Counted from the stretch's first letter, positions 53,565 to 62,411 are shown. The stretch is 64,000 bases of DNA from an uncultured Chloroflexia bacterium (GCA_963739395.1 CAVUAE010000001.1:518056-582055); one strand, 5' to 3'. Program-made: numbers and translations. The notes: generated from the letters alone by a model not told the origin.

Positions 53565-54209
53565 CTACAGCCTGTCTTTGATGTTTTTGCGTTTGACAAC
53601 GTGTTTCCAGCTGCCGCCTTGTCGCCGCATTTCTACCAGGCGCGGGATATACCGGAGCAGAGGCAGCATGGTGAGTACCAGTGTATAGACGATGAATTCC
53701 CAGCTGTGATTGATGAACCAGCCGATAAACCCGAAACTGAAAAAGGCAATGCTATAAGCGATGGTCGGGGTGCGGAGAATCAACAGTAGCAAGAGGAAAA
53801 CGCCGAGGTAGATGGGAACACCCCACGGCATGAAAAACATCAGGATGCCGATGCAACATGCCCCGCCTTTACCGCCGTGGAACTTTAAGAAGACGGGGAA
53901 GTTATGTCCCAGGACAACGAAAAACCCCGCTAGATATTGCCAGAGGTACGGCGTCCCAAAGTAATAATCCATCCCTACCAAGTATTTTGCTACGGCGATA
54001 CCGGCGGCGCCTTTGCCGATGTCCACCAGCAGGGTGACCATGCCGTACCAGAAGCCAACCTTATAAAAGACGTTCATGGCGCCGGCATTACGGCTGCCGA
54101 CATCGCGGATATCCACGCCCTTGCCGAAGCGGGCGACAAGATAGGCCGTAGGGAAAGAGCCTATCAGGTAGGCGATGACCAGAGCGACAACGATAAAAAA
54201 AATATGCAA
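53565..54209 (-). CDS. plsY: glycerol-3-phosphate acyltransferase PlsY family (paralog 2)
   Basis: 214 aa with GSFPTAYLV, GSRNAGAMNVF, DIGKG and GHNFPVFLKFHGGKGGA motifs. Confidence 0.8.
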   Translation of the reverse strand: MHIFFIVVALVIAYLIGSFPTAYLVARFGKGVDIRDVGSRNAGAMNVFYKVGFWYGMVTLLVDIGKGAAGIAVAKYLVGMDYYFGTPYLWQYLAGFFVVLGHNFPVFLKFHGGKGGACCIGILMFFMPWGVPIYLGVFLLLLLILRTPTIAYSIAFFSFGFIGWFINHSWEFIVYTLVLTMLPLLRYIPRLVEMRRQGGSWKHVVKRKNIKDRL

Positions 54210-54340
54210 GATTCGGACCTTAAAACCAAAAGATGATTACTTGTCACAGTATATTACAATAGAATGCAGGGGTTTTTCCAGTTAATGAGGAATTAAAGTC
54301 TTAAGATTGCATGTCTATTAAGTTATTTCTTAGTACAGGA

Positions 54341-55174
54341 TTATTTCTTTACAAGCAGGAGCGGCGTGTTCCCACCCAAAAAGACTTTTTGGGCGACGCT
54401 GCCTAGAGACCAAAGTTTAGTCTTATTCCGGGTTGACATCGCTACCAGGTCGTAAGCGAGTTTATCCGCCGTGTCGATAATTTTATCGGCGACAGAACCA
54501 ACATCAACCTTATATTCTGCGTGTATCCCTACTTCCTTGCATAAATTACACTGGTGTTTTAAATAGGCGTCCGCTTCTTTATAATATTTTTTATCCTTCT
54601 CACTGACCACCTGGATGAGCGTGATTTCCATTTCGAGTTTAGAAGCCATATTAACAATATAGGGAATTATTTCTTCGCTCATTTTTGAGCCGTCTAGTGG
54701 CACCAGAGCTTTTTTTAATATACGCTTCTCACGAATATCAGAACGTCGTTTGTGGGCTCTGATGAGCATCACGGCATGACTCATATTAGCCCTTACTACC
54801 TTATCGGCGACGCTGCCTACCGCCCAACGAGTAAGTCCAGACCGACCGTGGCTCGCCATAACAATCAGTTGATAAGGCATTTTACTGGCGTATTTTATAA
54901 TAGTTTCGGCGGGGCTACCGGACAGAGTGACTTTCATTACCTCGATTGGCTTAGCGCCAGTATTCTCAATATATTTATTGGCATGATATTTGGTGACTTT
55001 TATAATCTGGTCCATGTATGTTGTATGCTTTTTGGGCTGAAGGACCTCGTTGGGCTCAAAAACAGTCAGCAGACTGATATAGGAACCCATCTTGGCGGCT
55101 AATTCTTCAGCGTAAGGTAAAGCCGCCTCTGCCAGCTTGGAACCATCTAAGGGAACAATAATTCGTTCGTACAT
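54341..55174 (-). CDS. tandem universal stress protein (two UspA domains)
   Basis: 277 aa. There are two repeats of the Usp pattern: YERIIVPLDGS...ASHGRSGLTRWAVGSVADKV and KKALVPLDGS...STRNKTKLWSLGSVAQKV. Confidence 0.85.
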   Translation of the reverse strand: MYERIIVPLDGSKLAEAALPYAEELAAKMGSYISLLTVFEPNEVLQPKKHTTYMDQIIKVTKYHANKYIENTGAKPIEVMKVTLSGSPAETIIKYASKMPYQLIVMASHGRSGLTRWAVGSVADKVVRANMSHAVMLIRAHKRRSDIREKRILKKALVPLDGSKMSEEIIPYIVNMASKLEMEITLIQVVSEKDKKYYKEADAYLKHQCNLCKEVGIHAEYKVDVGSVADKIIDTADKLAYDLVAMSTRNKTKLWSLGSVAQKVFLGGNTPLLLVKK

Positions 55175-55274
55175 CTTCTTTCCTTAACGGGTGATATTAC
55201 ATATTTTATGAATATTTGATAGTACATAATAGCATATCTACATCAAATTTCAATGGGTATCTTCCCCTAATTTA

Positions 55275-55303
55275 TTGACAGTCGCTAATCCCAGACCTAT
55301 AAT
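55275..55303 (+). promoter_or_regulatory. perfect-consensus sigma70 promoter
   Basis: TTGACA (55275-55280), a 17-nt spacer, then TATAAT (55298-55303). This is followed by an AGGAGG SD and the ATG at 55333. Confidence 0.65.
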
Positions 55304-55332
55304 CTCTATTACCCTTTTTAGGAGGTAAAAAC

Positions 55333-55869
55333 ATGTGCTTTTCTAAAATAAAGGAGTTTTTCATCAGAAAAGAGGAACCTGTACCTACACCTCAAATTCA
55401 ACCCACAGAACTACCTTATCCAGAAGAACCAAAAGATACCAATAAAACAATAGATAGTATAAACGTCGCCGCATTAGTTAATAATTGGCTAACCAAGTAC
55501 CACGTTCCAGCGCAATACCGGAATTACTGGCAAAACTTTCACATCATCATCTCTACAACTTACGATGCCCCGGCAGCTACCTCCTCACAGAAAGATGAAA
55601 TGTACCTAAGGCCGGAATGGGCAAATGAAGGGGTACTATCCCACGAACTCGCCCATGAAAGTTATTCGCTGCTTAATTGCTTTAAGAAAGTCACGTTCAA
55701 GTGTAAGTATAATAAGTACCTGACCTCTGACCCATTAATAGTTTTACTACATTCCAAGAATACTTATATGAATACTAATATAGTTGAAGCTCATGCGGAA
55801 ATATATCGTTATATCGGGGACCATATGCCGACAGAGTTATATCAATATTATCCAAAATTATTAGTGTGA
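55333..55869 (+). CDS. hypothetical protein with an HExxH motif (possible small zinc metallopeptidase)
   Basis: 178 aa with SHELAHE and, downstream, EAHAE. It is AT-rich, and I recognise no family. Confidence 0.45.
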   Translation: MCFSKIKEFFIRKEEPVPTPQIQPTELPYPEEPKDTNKTIDSINVAALVNNWLTKYHVPAQYRNYWQNFHIIISTTYDAPAATSSQKDEMYLRPEWANEGVLSHELAHESYSLLNCFKKVTFKCKYNKYLTSDPLIVLLHSKNTYMNTNIVEAHAEIYRYIGDHMPTELYQYYPKLLV

Positions 55870-55889
55870 TAATACCAAAATTAACGTAA

Positions 55890-56087
55890 CTATTTATAGG
55901 GTTCTTTGTGGCCGCAGTTCGGGCAGAGATAATATTTAGACATCGGTAAGAAATAAGCCAGCGGCGCCAGCAGGCAGCCCAAAGGCGATACCAGACAGCC
56001 GAGGCAGCCGACGCAGCCTAGATATTCCAGTACGTTCTTCCGTGCCTCGCAATAATTCATTGGCGTGCCGCATTGAGGACAATTCAT
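55890..56087 (-). CDS. small LITAF-like zinc-ribbon membrane protein
   Basis: 65 aa. CPQC, then a hydrophobic Cys/Gly/Leu-rich segment (YLGCVGCLGCLVSPLGCLLAPLAYFL), then CPNCGH. This is the split zinc-knuckle plus membrane-insertion layout of LITAF/SIMPLE-like domains. Confidence 0.5.
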   Translation of the reverse strand: MNCPQCGTPMNYCEARKNVLEYLGCVGCLGCLVSPLGCLLAPLAYFLPMSKYYLCPNCGHKEPYK

Positions 56088-56109
56088 AACACTCCTTCTT
56101 TCAAATGTT

Positions 56110-56215
56110 CACCCTCACCTAACCTCTCCCATAAAGGGAGAGGAATGAACAGCTAGAGTCAAGATAATTCCTTTCGTATCTTCTCTCCCCTTGTGGGAGA
56201 GACAACAGTGAGGGG
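56110..56215. repeat. paired hairpins of the CCTCTCCC/GGGAGAGG type with inverted CACCCTCAC/GTGAGGGG outer boxes
   Basis: The left arm is CACCCTCACC-TAA-CCTCTCCC-ataa-AGGGAGAGG and the right arm is TCTCTCCC-cttg-TGGGAGAGA-CAACA-GTGAGGGG. It is related to 32157..32219. Confidence 0.7.
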
Positions 56216-56226
56216 TAATTTCTGGA

Positions 56227-58077
56227 TTAGTAAAGTAAGTGGTCATCCCCCACCCGCTTAGTCACTTTCTCCTTATCCAGGTATTCCAGCAGCGCCTGGA
56301 CGTACTTACGGCTGGAACCGAACATATCCCGTACTTCTCCCAACGTAATCTTGCCGTTCTTTTTGATTTGGGCAGTGATTTTGTATTTCATTTCGTCGTA
56401 GGCTTGGGCGGAAAAGACGATATTATCACTCACCTTAACCACCTTGCCCTGTCCGATAAGGATATTGAGCAAATCCGGGTCGGGGATAAGGTCGGAGGGC
56501 GGGGCAAAGGGGCTGGCGGCTAAAGACTTTAAGAACTTATCCATTTTATCCTGCTGGGCAGCAGTCAGCTTAACCGTATGAGATGGGAGGCGGATATAGC
56601 CTCCCTCCTCTATCAAAATCCCCTTCTTGATCAAGCTCTCCAGTGCAAGTGTTACAAAATTCCCCAGTTTAAGTCGGGTGGCGAACTCCGCCCGGGGCAT
56701 GCCGGGTCGGGCGGGGTACTTCTTATGATATTCCGCCAGATTAGCAACGGTTTTTTCGCTTAAGTTTTTCCAGCCAGGTGCCGTCAAGAGCAGACGATTT
56801 TTACTTTCACCAAGGGCAATAACGCGTCCTTCCTCAACTAATAAATTTATGACGCTTGTAATTTCATTTAACGGAATATTACTCTGTATTGATAGTGCGG
56901 CAAGCTCCAGCGGCTGTTTGGTTTCCAGCAGGGCTAAGATTACCTCTCCAGCAGTGCCGCTTTCTTTAACCTTAAGGTTCTCGATGACTTCGGGACGGAA
57001 CCGGCGAAGTCTTTTAGCCTGCGCGTCCACAATTTCTCCACCGCCCAGTGTCTCAATAGGCGAGCGGATAATATATTTATCACCTTTTATAATCGCCAGC
57101 GGCTTTTCTAACGTCAGTTGTGCCCAGGTGACGTCGCCGGGCTTAAGCGCCTCACTTTCTAACAAGCGTACTTTAGCCATCGTCTCCGCCGCTAAGGTAT
57201 GAAAGCTTATCTCCGCGCCGTGCTTAATTCCGTGTTTTAAATAAGCAATCAGCTTAAGATTCACTGTGACTAGATTGGTGGGTTTAAGCCAGCCGGGCTT
57301 GGTCACCACATCACCTCGCGTTAGCTGGCTAGTGTTAATCCCCACCAGGTTCGCCGCCACCCGACTGCCCGGAGTAGCGGTATCTATTTTCGCTTTATGC
57401 GTCTGGAGGGCGCGGATTCTGGACTTCAAACCGGTGGGGACAATTTCCACCTCCTGTCCCACGGTTAAAGCGCCGTCGATAAGCGTGCCGGTGACCACCG
57501 TGCCAGAGCCGGTAATCGTAAAAATACGGTCGATGGGGAGGCGGGGACGTCCCAGGTCTTTCTTAGGTTCGGTTTGGTCCAACTGCTTATCAATAACGCT
57601 TACGAGCTCCGGAATGCCTTCGCCGGTGACCGAGGAGACGGCAATGATAGGCGACCCAGCGATGGTAGTAGTGGCGATGAGCTCTTCCAACTCCATGCGG
57701 ACCAGCGCCAGCATCTCCTCGTCCACTAAGTCTTTTTTCGTGATGGCGACCACCCCGCGTTTTACCCCGATTAAGTCCAGAATGGCGAGGTGCTCAAGCG
57801 TCTGGGGCATGATGCCTTCGTTGGCGGCGACAATCAGCAAAGCCAGGTCGATACCACCGACGCCTGCCAGCATATTCTTCACGAAACGCTCGTGCCCCGG
57901 CACATCGACAATACCCACCTCTCGACCGCTCGGTAGCTTGAGCCAGGCAAAACCCAAATCGATGGTCATGCCTCGCTCTTTTTCTTCCCGCAGACGGTCG
58001 GGGTCAATACCGGTGAGTGCTTTCACCAGCAGCGACTTGCCGTGGTCGATATGACCCGCTGTACCGAGAACGAACAT
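56227..58077 (-). CDS. selB: selenocysteine-specific translation elongation factor SelB
   Basis: 616 aa. The N-terminal GTPase has GTAGHIDHGKS, DVPGHE and TKKD motifs. The long C-terminal winged-helix extension is characteristic of bacterial SelB. Confidence 0.9.
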   Translation of the reverse strand: MFVLGTAGHIDHGKSLLVKALTGIDPDRLREEKERGMTIDLGFAWLKLPSGREVGIVDVPGHERFVKNMLAGVGGIDLALLIVAANEGIMPQTLEHLAILDLIGVKRGVVAITKKDLVDEEMLALVRMELEELIATTTIAGSPIIAVSSVTGEGIPELVSVIDKQLDQTEPKKDLGRPRLPIDRIFTITGSGTVVTGTLIDGALTVGQEVEIVPTGLKSRIRALQTHKAKIDTATPGSRVAANLVGINTSQLTRGDVVTKPGWLKPTNLVTVNLKLIAYLKHGIKHGAEISFHTLAAETMAKVRLLESEALKPGDVTWAQLTLEKPLAIIKGDKYIIRSPIETLGGGEIVDAQAKRLRRFRPEVIENLKVKESGTAGEVILALLETKQPLELAALSIQSNIPLNEITSVINLLVEEGRVIALGESKNRLLLTAPGWKNLSEKTVANLAEYHKKYPARPGMPRAEFATRLKLGNFVTLALESLIKKGILIEEGGYIRLPSHTVKLTAAQQDKMDKFLKSLAASPFAPPSDLIPDPDLLNILIGQGKVVKVSDNIVFSAQAYDEMKYKITAQIKKNGKITLGEVRDMFGSSRKYVQALLEYLDKEKVTKRVGDDHLLY

Positions 58078-58103
58078 TTTTTCTCTACATCAATTTTATA
58101 TTT

Positions 58104-58619
58104 TTAACGTTTCACAGGCGTCACTGCCTGTGACACAAATAACCATTTATAGTTTACCGGCTGCTTAACTATTCCCGCTTTTACAGGATTAAATATAACG
58201 TAATTCATTATGTCGAAGAAGTCATTTTCATTCCTGATAATTCGGTCATAGTTTTCATCAATCCAAATACTGCCTTTAACATGTAATACTCTTTGTATTT
58301 CATGAGCCGAGTAGGATTTAATACTATGCATTATCTGAGCAAGGCTGTAATAAACTCCTCTAGACTGTTCTAGCGGTAACAATACTATATGAACGTGCGT
58401 TTTCATTACAACGCAGGCATACAATTTATATTTTTTATCGATGTGATACTTAATAGCCGCTAAAACAATATCTTTAGCCGGTGGAGTTAGTTCATATCCT
58501 ATCGCTACATTAAAAGTGATAAAATAAGCACTCCCGGGGTTCTCCCAGTGTGGCAGATTCCTTTTGTATATTCGGAACTCTTTAACTGGTTTTAACCTAG
58601 AGCCTGATTTCAATATCAT
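58104..58619 (-). CDS. IS200-like Y1 (HUH) transposase of the REP-associated (RAYT) type
   Basis: 171 aa with YKRNLPHWENPGSAYFITF, the HUH motif THVHIVLL, and C-terminal NYVIFNPVKAGIV (catalytic Tyr region). It is AT-rich and flanked by inverted hairpins. Confidence 0.75.
   Translation of the reverse strand: MILKSGSRLKPVKEFRIYKRNLPHWENPGSAYFITFNVAIGYELTPPAKDIVLAAIKYHIDKKYKLYACVVMKTHVHIVLLPLEQSRGVYYSLAQIMHSIKSYSAHEIQRVLHVKGSIWIDENYDRIIRNENDFFDIMNYVIFNPVKAGIVKQPVNYKWLFVSQAVTPVKR
58112..58133. repeat. hairpin flanking the RAYT gene (3' side, overlapping its last codons)
   Basis: TCACAGGC-gtcact-GCCTGTGA, an 8-bp stem. Confidence 0.8.
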
Positions 58620-58635
58620 TCCCCTTAATGATTAT

Positions 58636-58657
58636 TCACGGGCAGAGACGCCCGTGA
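58636..58657. repeat. hairpin flanking the RAYT gene (5' side), inverted relative to 58112..58133
   Basis: TCACGGGC-agagac-GCCCGTGA. Read on the opposite strand it is TCACGGGCGTCTCTGCCCGTGA. It differs from the other copy by an A-to-G change with a compensating T-to-C change in the stem, plus one loop change. Confidence 0.8.
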
Positions 58658-58695
58658 GACGGTCTTTACACTGTATAACGTTTTACTGCTATTCC

Positions 58696-59871
58696 CTAAT
58701 GGTGGAAAAACCTGATGCCGGAAAACGCCATAACCATGCCGTAATCGTTGCAGGCTTTAATAACGTCATCATCACGGACCGAGCCGCCAGGCTGTAAAAC
58801 GTAAGCCACGCCGCTTTCATAAGCCCGGTCGATAGTATCGCGGAAGGGTATCATGCCGTCGGACGAGAGGGAGACGCCCTTAAGCTTCTTCAGCCAGTCC
58901 CTTTTCTGGTCCCAGGTAAGCTGCGGCGGCACTCTAACCATGGCGGACTTTATCGTTTCTTTTTCAAACTTGTTCAGTCGTTCCTGTAAATATAAATCAA
59001 TGGCGTTATTCTTATCCGCCCGAGAGACATCTTCACGCCACTTAATCGCCAAAACGGTGGGATGCTGACGCAAGAACCAGCGGTCGGCTTTTTCCGCCGC
59101 CAGGCGCGTACAATGAATGCGTGACTGCTGCCCCGCCCCGATGCCGATAGCCTGCCCGTCTACGGCGAAGCCGATGGTATTAGACTGGGTGTATTTAATA
59201 GCCGTCGTGCAGATAATAAGGTCGCGGACAACATCGGCGGAGAATTCCTTCTTTTTCGTCACGACATTTTTTAGCATATCTGCTGTAGCGATAGTATTGT
59301 TGCGCTTCTGCTCGAACTGGATGCCGAAGACCTCGCGCATCTCTGTTTCTTCCGGTGTGTAATCAGCGTCCATTTCGATAACTAAATATTTACCGCTTTT
59401 TTTGGCTTTAAGGATATCCAAGGCGTCTTTTTCATATCCCGGGGCGATGACACCGTCGGAGACCTCTCGATAAATCAGCTTAGCCGTCGGCACATCCACT
59501 TTATCGCTCAAAGCCACGAAGTCGCCGTAGGAAGAAACGCGGTCGGCGCCGCGGGCCCGAGCATAAGCCGCCATCACCGGCGACTCCGACATGTCCTCGA
59601 CGAAATAGGCTTTCTTAAGTACATCGGTAAGCGGGATGCCCACCGCTGCCCCTGCCGGACTGACATGCTTAAAGGACGCCGCCGCCGGCAGCTTGAGAAT
59701 CTGCTTCAGCTCTCTAACTAGCTGCCAGGAGTTCAAAGCATCCAGCATATTGATATAACCCGGCGCGCCGTTAAGGACATTAAATGGGAGAGTACCTTTC
59801 TTGGCGAAAATGCGGGCGGGTTTCTGGTGGGGATTAAAACCGTAACGTAGGATAATTTCTTTTTCAGCCAT
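58696..59871 (-). CDS. purH: AICAR formyltransferase-domain protein (PurH lacking the N-terminal IMP cyclohydrolase/MGS domain)
   Basis: 391 aa. It starts at the AICARFT region (LRYGFNPHQ) and ends with the conserved QPGGSVRDDDVI...MVFTGxRxFxH-like tail (MAFSGIRFFHH). Confidence 0.8.
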   Translation of the reverse strand: MAEKEIILRYGFNPHQKPARIFAKKGTLPFNVLNGAPGYINMLDALNSWQLVRELKQILKLPAAASFKHVSPAGAAVGIPLTDVLKKAYFVEDMSESPVMAAYARARGADRVSSYGDFVALSDKVDVPTAKLIYREVSDGVIAPGYEKDALDILKAKKSGKYLVIEMDADYTPEETEMREVFGIQFEQKRNNTIATADMLKNVVTKKKEFSADVVRDLIICTTAIKYTQSNTIGFAVDGQAIGIGAGQQSRIHCTRLAAEKADRWFLRQHPTVLAIKWREDVSRADKNNAIDLYLQERLNKFEKETIKSAMVRVPPQLTWDQKRDWLKKLKGVSLSSDGMIPFRDTIDRAYESGVAYVLQPGGSVRDDDVIKACNDYGMVMAFSGIRFFHH

Positions 59872-59891
59872 TTTATGACTCCTGAATTTCT

Positions 59892-61250
59892 TTATTTATC
59901 AGCCAGACTGGAAAGCGCTTTGATAACAATATCATCTTCTTCCGGCAGGACAGTGCGAGGGTCGAGGAGGAGCTGGTCTTTTTCCACTCGCCCGATGATT
60001 GGAACTACCATAAGGCGTAACTTACGCCCGATTTCTTGTGATTTCTTGCCGCCACCAATAGATACCAGCTTGGTCGGCAAGCTGCCGCCTGGTAAACTGC
60101 CACCCCCTACCATCGTCTCCCCATTAACCACTTTAGCGTCACCGTAAGCCTTTGCCCAGTTTTTGGCGCGTTTTTCTATTTCCTTCAGCGGCGCGGCAAT
60201 CATTCGCCAGACCGGAATTTTAACGACCGCCTCTCCTTTGAGATAATACAGTAGCGTTACTGCCAATGCTGCCAGTCTCGTTTTATCGATGCGTAATGCC
60301 CGCGCCAACGGGTGTCGCTTAAGTTTATCGATATACTGCTTTTCACCGACGATAATGCCAGCCTGCGGTCCGCCTAATAACTTATCGCCGGAGAAGAAGG
60401 TAAGCGAGACTCCTACTTTAACGCTTTGCTGCACCATCGGCTCCGGAGCTAATCCGAATTTGGTAGTATCCAGCAAACTTCCGCTACCGATATCGTCAAG
60501 AACTAATAAGTGGTGTTTCTTACCGATATTCACCAACTCTTCTAACGTGACTTCACTGGTAAAGCCCACCAGCCTAAAATTACTGGAATGTACGCGCATA
60601 AGAGCCACAGTTCCCTCGTCGATGGCTTCTTCAAAGTCGCGGGCATAAGTACGATTAGTCGTCCCTACCTCGACAAGTTTTACGCCGCTCTGCCGCATGA
60701 CGTCCGGAATGCGGAAGCCACCCCCTATCTCCACCGCCTGACCGCGAGAAACGATGACTTTTTTACGCTTGGCTAAAGCCGTAAGTCCTAGAAGCACCGC
60801 CGCGGCGTTATTATTAACAACAAGCGCCGCTTCGGCGCCGGTAAGCTGGCATAAAAGACTCTCTACGTGTACATGGCGCGACCCTCGTTCGCCGCTTGTT
60901 AAGTCAAACTCAAGATTGGCGTAGCCGCGGCTGGCTTCTTCCATGGCTGTCAGAGCTTGTTCACTTAAAGGCGCACGTCCAAGATTAGTATGTAAAATCA
61001 CGCCGGAGGCATTGATTACACGGCGTAGACTTGGTTTGACGATAGTATTAAGTCGATTCAGTGTCGCAGTAACTATTTGGTCTAGGGAGGGGCGGGGTTT
61101 ACCTGACTTTATGTTTTTACGTTCTTGCTCCAGCTGCTGTCGGACAACATCAACTAATAACTCATGAGGGTAGTTCTTGGTCGAACGGGCAAATCGGGCG
61201 TCAGTTAACACCTTATCAACACTCGGCAATTTCCGCAGTTCCGTGTCCAT
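59892..61250 (-). CDS. selA: L-seryl-tRNA(Sec) selenium transferase SelA
   Basis: LRKLPSVDKVL N-terminus and the PLP-lysine region (FSGDKLLGGPQAG). I chose the ATG at 61250; the track begins at the TTG at 61268. Confidence 0.9.
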   Translation of the reverse strand: MDTELRKLPSVDKVLTDARFARSTKNYPHELLVDVVRQQLEQERKNIKSGKPRPSLDQIVTATLNRLNTIVKPSLRRVINASGVILHTNLGRAPLSEQALTAMEEASRGYANLEFDLTSGERGSRHVHVESLLCQLTGAEAALVVNNNAAAVLLGLTALAKRKKVIVSRGQAVEIGGGFRIPDVMRQSGVKLVEVGTTNRTYARDFEEAIDEGTVALMRVHSSNFRLVGFTSEVTLEELVNIGKKHHLLVLDDIGSGSLLDTTKFGLAPEPMVQQSVKVGVSLTFFSGDKLLGGPQAGIIVGEKQYIDKLKRHPLARALRIDKTRLAALAVTLLYYLKGEAVVKIPVWRMIAAPLKEIEKRAKNWAKAYGDAKVVNGETMVGGGSLPGGSLPTKLVSIGGGKKSQEIGRKLRLMVVPIIGRVEKDQLLLDPRTVLPEEDDIVIKALSSLADK

Positions 61251-61361
61251 CGGCTTAATTCTACACAATAAATAGGTTTACTTCAAAATGTAGTAGAATG
61301 AAAATATAGACCTATATTATAATTTCCCAGCAACATGATTTATCCAGCAGGAAAACATCTT

Positions 61362-62408
61362 ATGAAAATCGCAGTAGCCATGAGTGGCGGCGTCGACTCT
61401 TCCGTAGCTGCCGCTTTACTTAAGCGAGAGGGGCATGAAGTCATCGGTGTGACAATGCAATTATCTTCCCCTGACGATACTGTTCGCCAAGCCATCACCG
61501 ACGCCCAAAAAGTCGCTGAAAAACTGGGAATTGAACACCATATTATCGATTTACAGGATGTATTTTCTCGCACGATTATTACCGACTTTTACCGCGAATA
61601 CAGTCGCGGCTATACACCGAATCCCTGTGTTATGTGCAACAGGGATATCAAATTTGGTATATTGTGGGAAAGGGTTAAGGGGCTGGGAGTAGAGTTTTTA
61701 GCCACCGGGCATTATGCCAGAATTGCAAAAGACGATAACCGATATCTACTGAAAAAAGGGAAGGATAAGCATAAAGACCAAAGTTACTTTCTTTGCCAGC
61801 TGACGCAGGAACAGTTGTCTCGTACCCTGTTCCCGCTCGGCAGGTTGACTAAAGAAAAAGTAAAACAAATTGCTCGTAAACTTGGACTTCCCGTCACGGA
61901 AAGACCGGAAAGTCAGGAAATATGTTTTGTAACAGATAATGACCATGCCCGATTTTTAAGAGAACACTTCTCGGGGGAAATAAAACCGGGACCGATACTA
62001 AACAAACAGGGGAAATTAATGGGACAACATCAAGGCATTATGTTTTATACCGTCGGGCAGCGTAAGGGACTCGGCATTACAGCTGCCGAACCGTTATATG
62101 TAACTGCCATTGAACCGGAAAGGAATACTGTAATCGTTGGAATAAAAGAGGAAACATACTCCAGTGATTTGGTTGCCGATAACCTTAACTGGATAGCCAT
62201 AACCATGCCGGAAAAACCAATCAAGGTAAAAGCTAGAATTAGATATCATCACCCGGAGGCAAACGCTATTATTACCCCACTGGACGAAAAGCGTGTTCAT
62301 GTGAAATTCAATAAACCGCAAATGGCTATCACTCCCGGACAAGCGGTGGTTTTTTATCATGGCGATACTGTTATCGGAGGCGGTAAAATAGTGAGACAAG
62401 GCAGGTAA
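61362..62408 (+). CDS. mnmA: tRNA 2-thiouridine(34) synthase MnmA
   Basis: PP-loop motif AMSGGVDSS, NPCVMCN, and DQSYFL motifs. The ATG at 61362 is preferred over 61335. Confidence 0.92.
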   Translation: MKIAVAMSGGVDSSVAAALLKREGHEVIGVTMQLSSPDDTVRQAITDAQKVAEKLGIEHHIIDLQDVFSRTIITDFYREYSRGYTPNPCVMCNRDIKFGILWERVKGLGVEFLATGHYARIAKDDNRYLLKKGKDKHKDQSYFLCQLTQEQLSRTLFPLGRLTKEKVKQIARKLGLPVTERPESQEICFVTDNDHARFLREHFSGEIKPGPILNKQGKLMGQHQGIMFYTVGQRKGLGITAAEPLYVTAIEPERNTVIVGIKEETYSSDLVADNLNWIAITMPEKPIKVKARIRYHHPEANAIITPLDEKRVHVKFNKPQMAITPGQAVVFYHGDTVIGGGKIVRQGR

Positions 62409-62411
62409 ATT

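Noticed and set aside
55176-56100. CTTCTTTC present on both sides of the AT-rich HExxH/LITAF-like gene pair, considered as a possible target duplication.
   Set aside because: It is only 8 nt of low-complexity sequence, which is too short to distinguish from chance.
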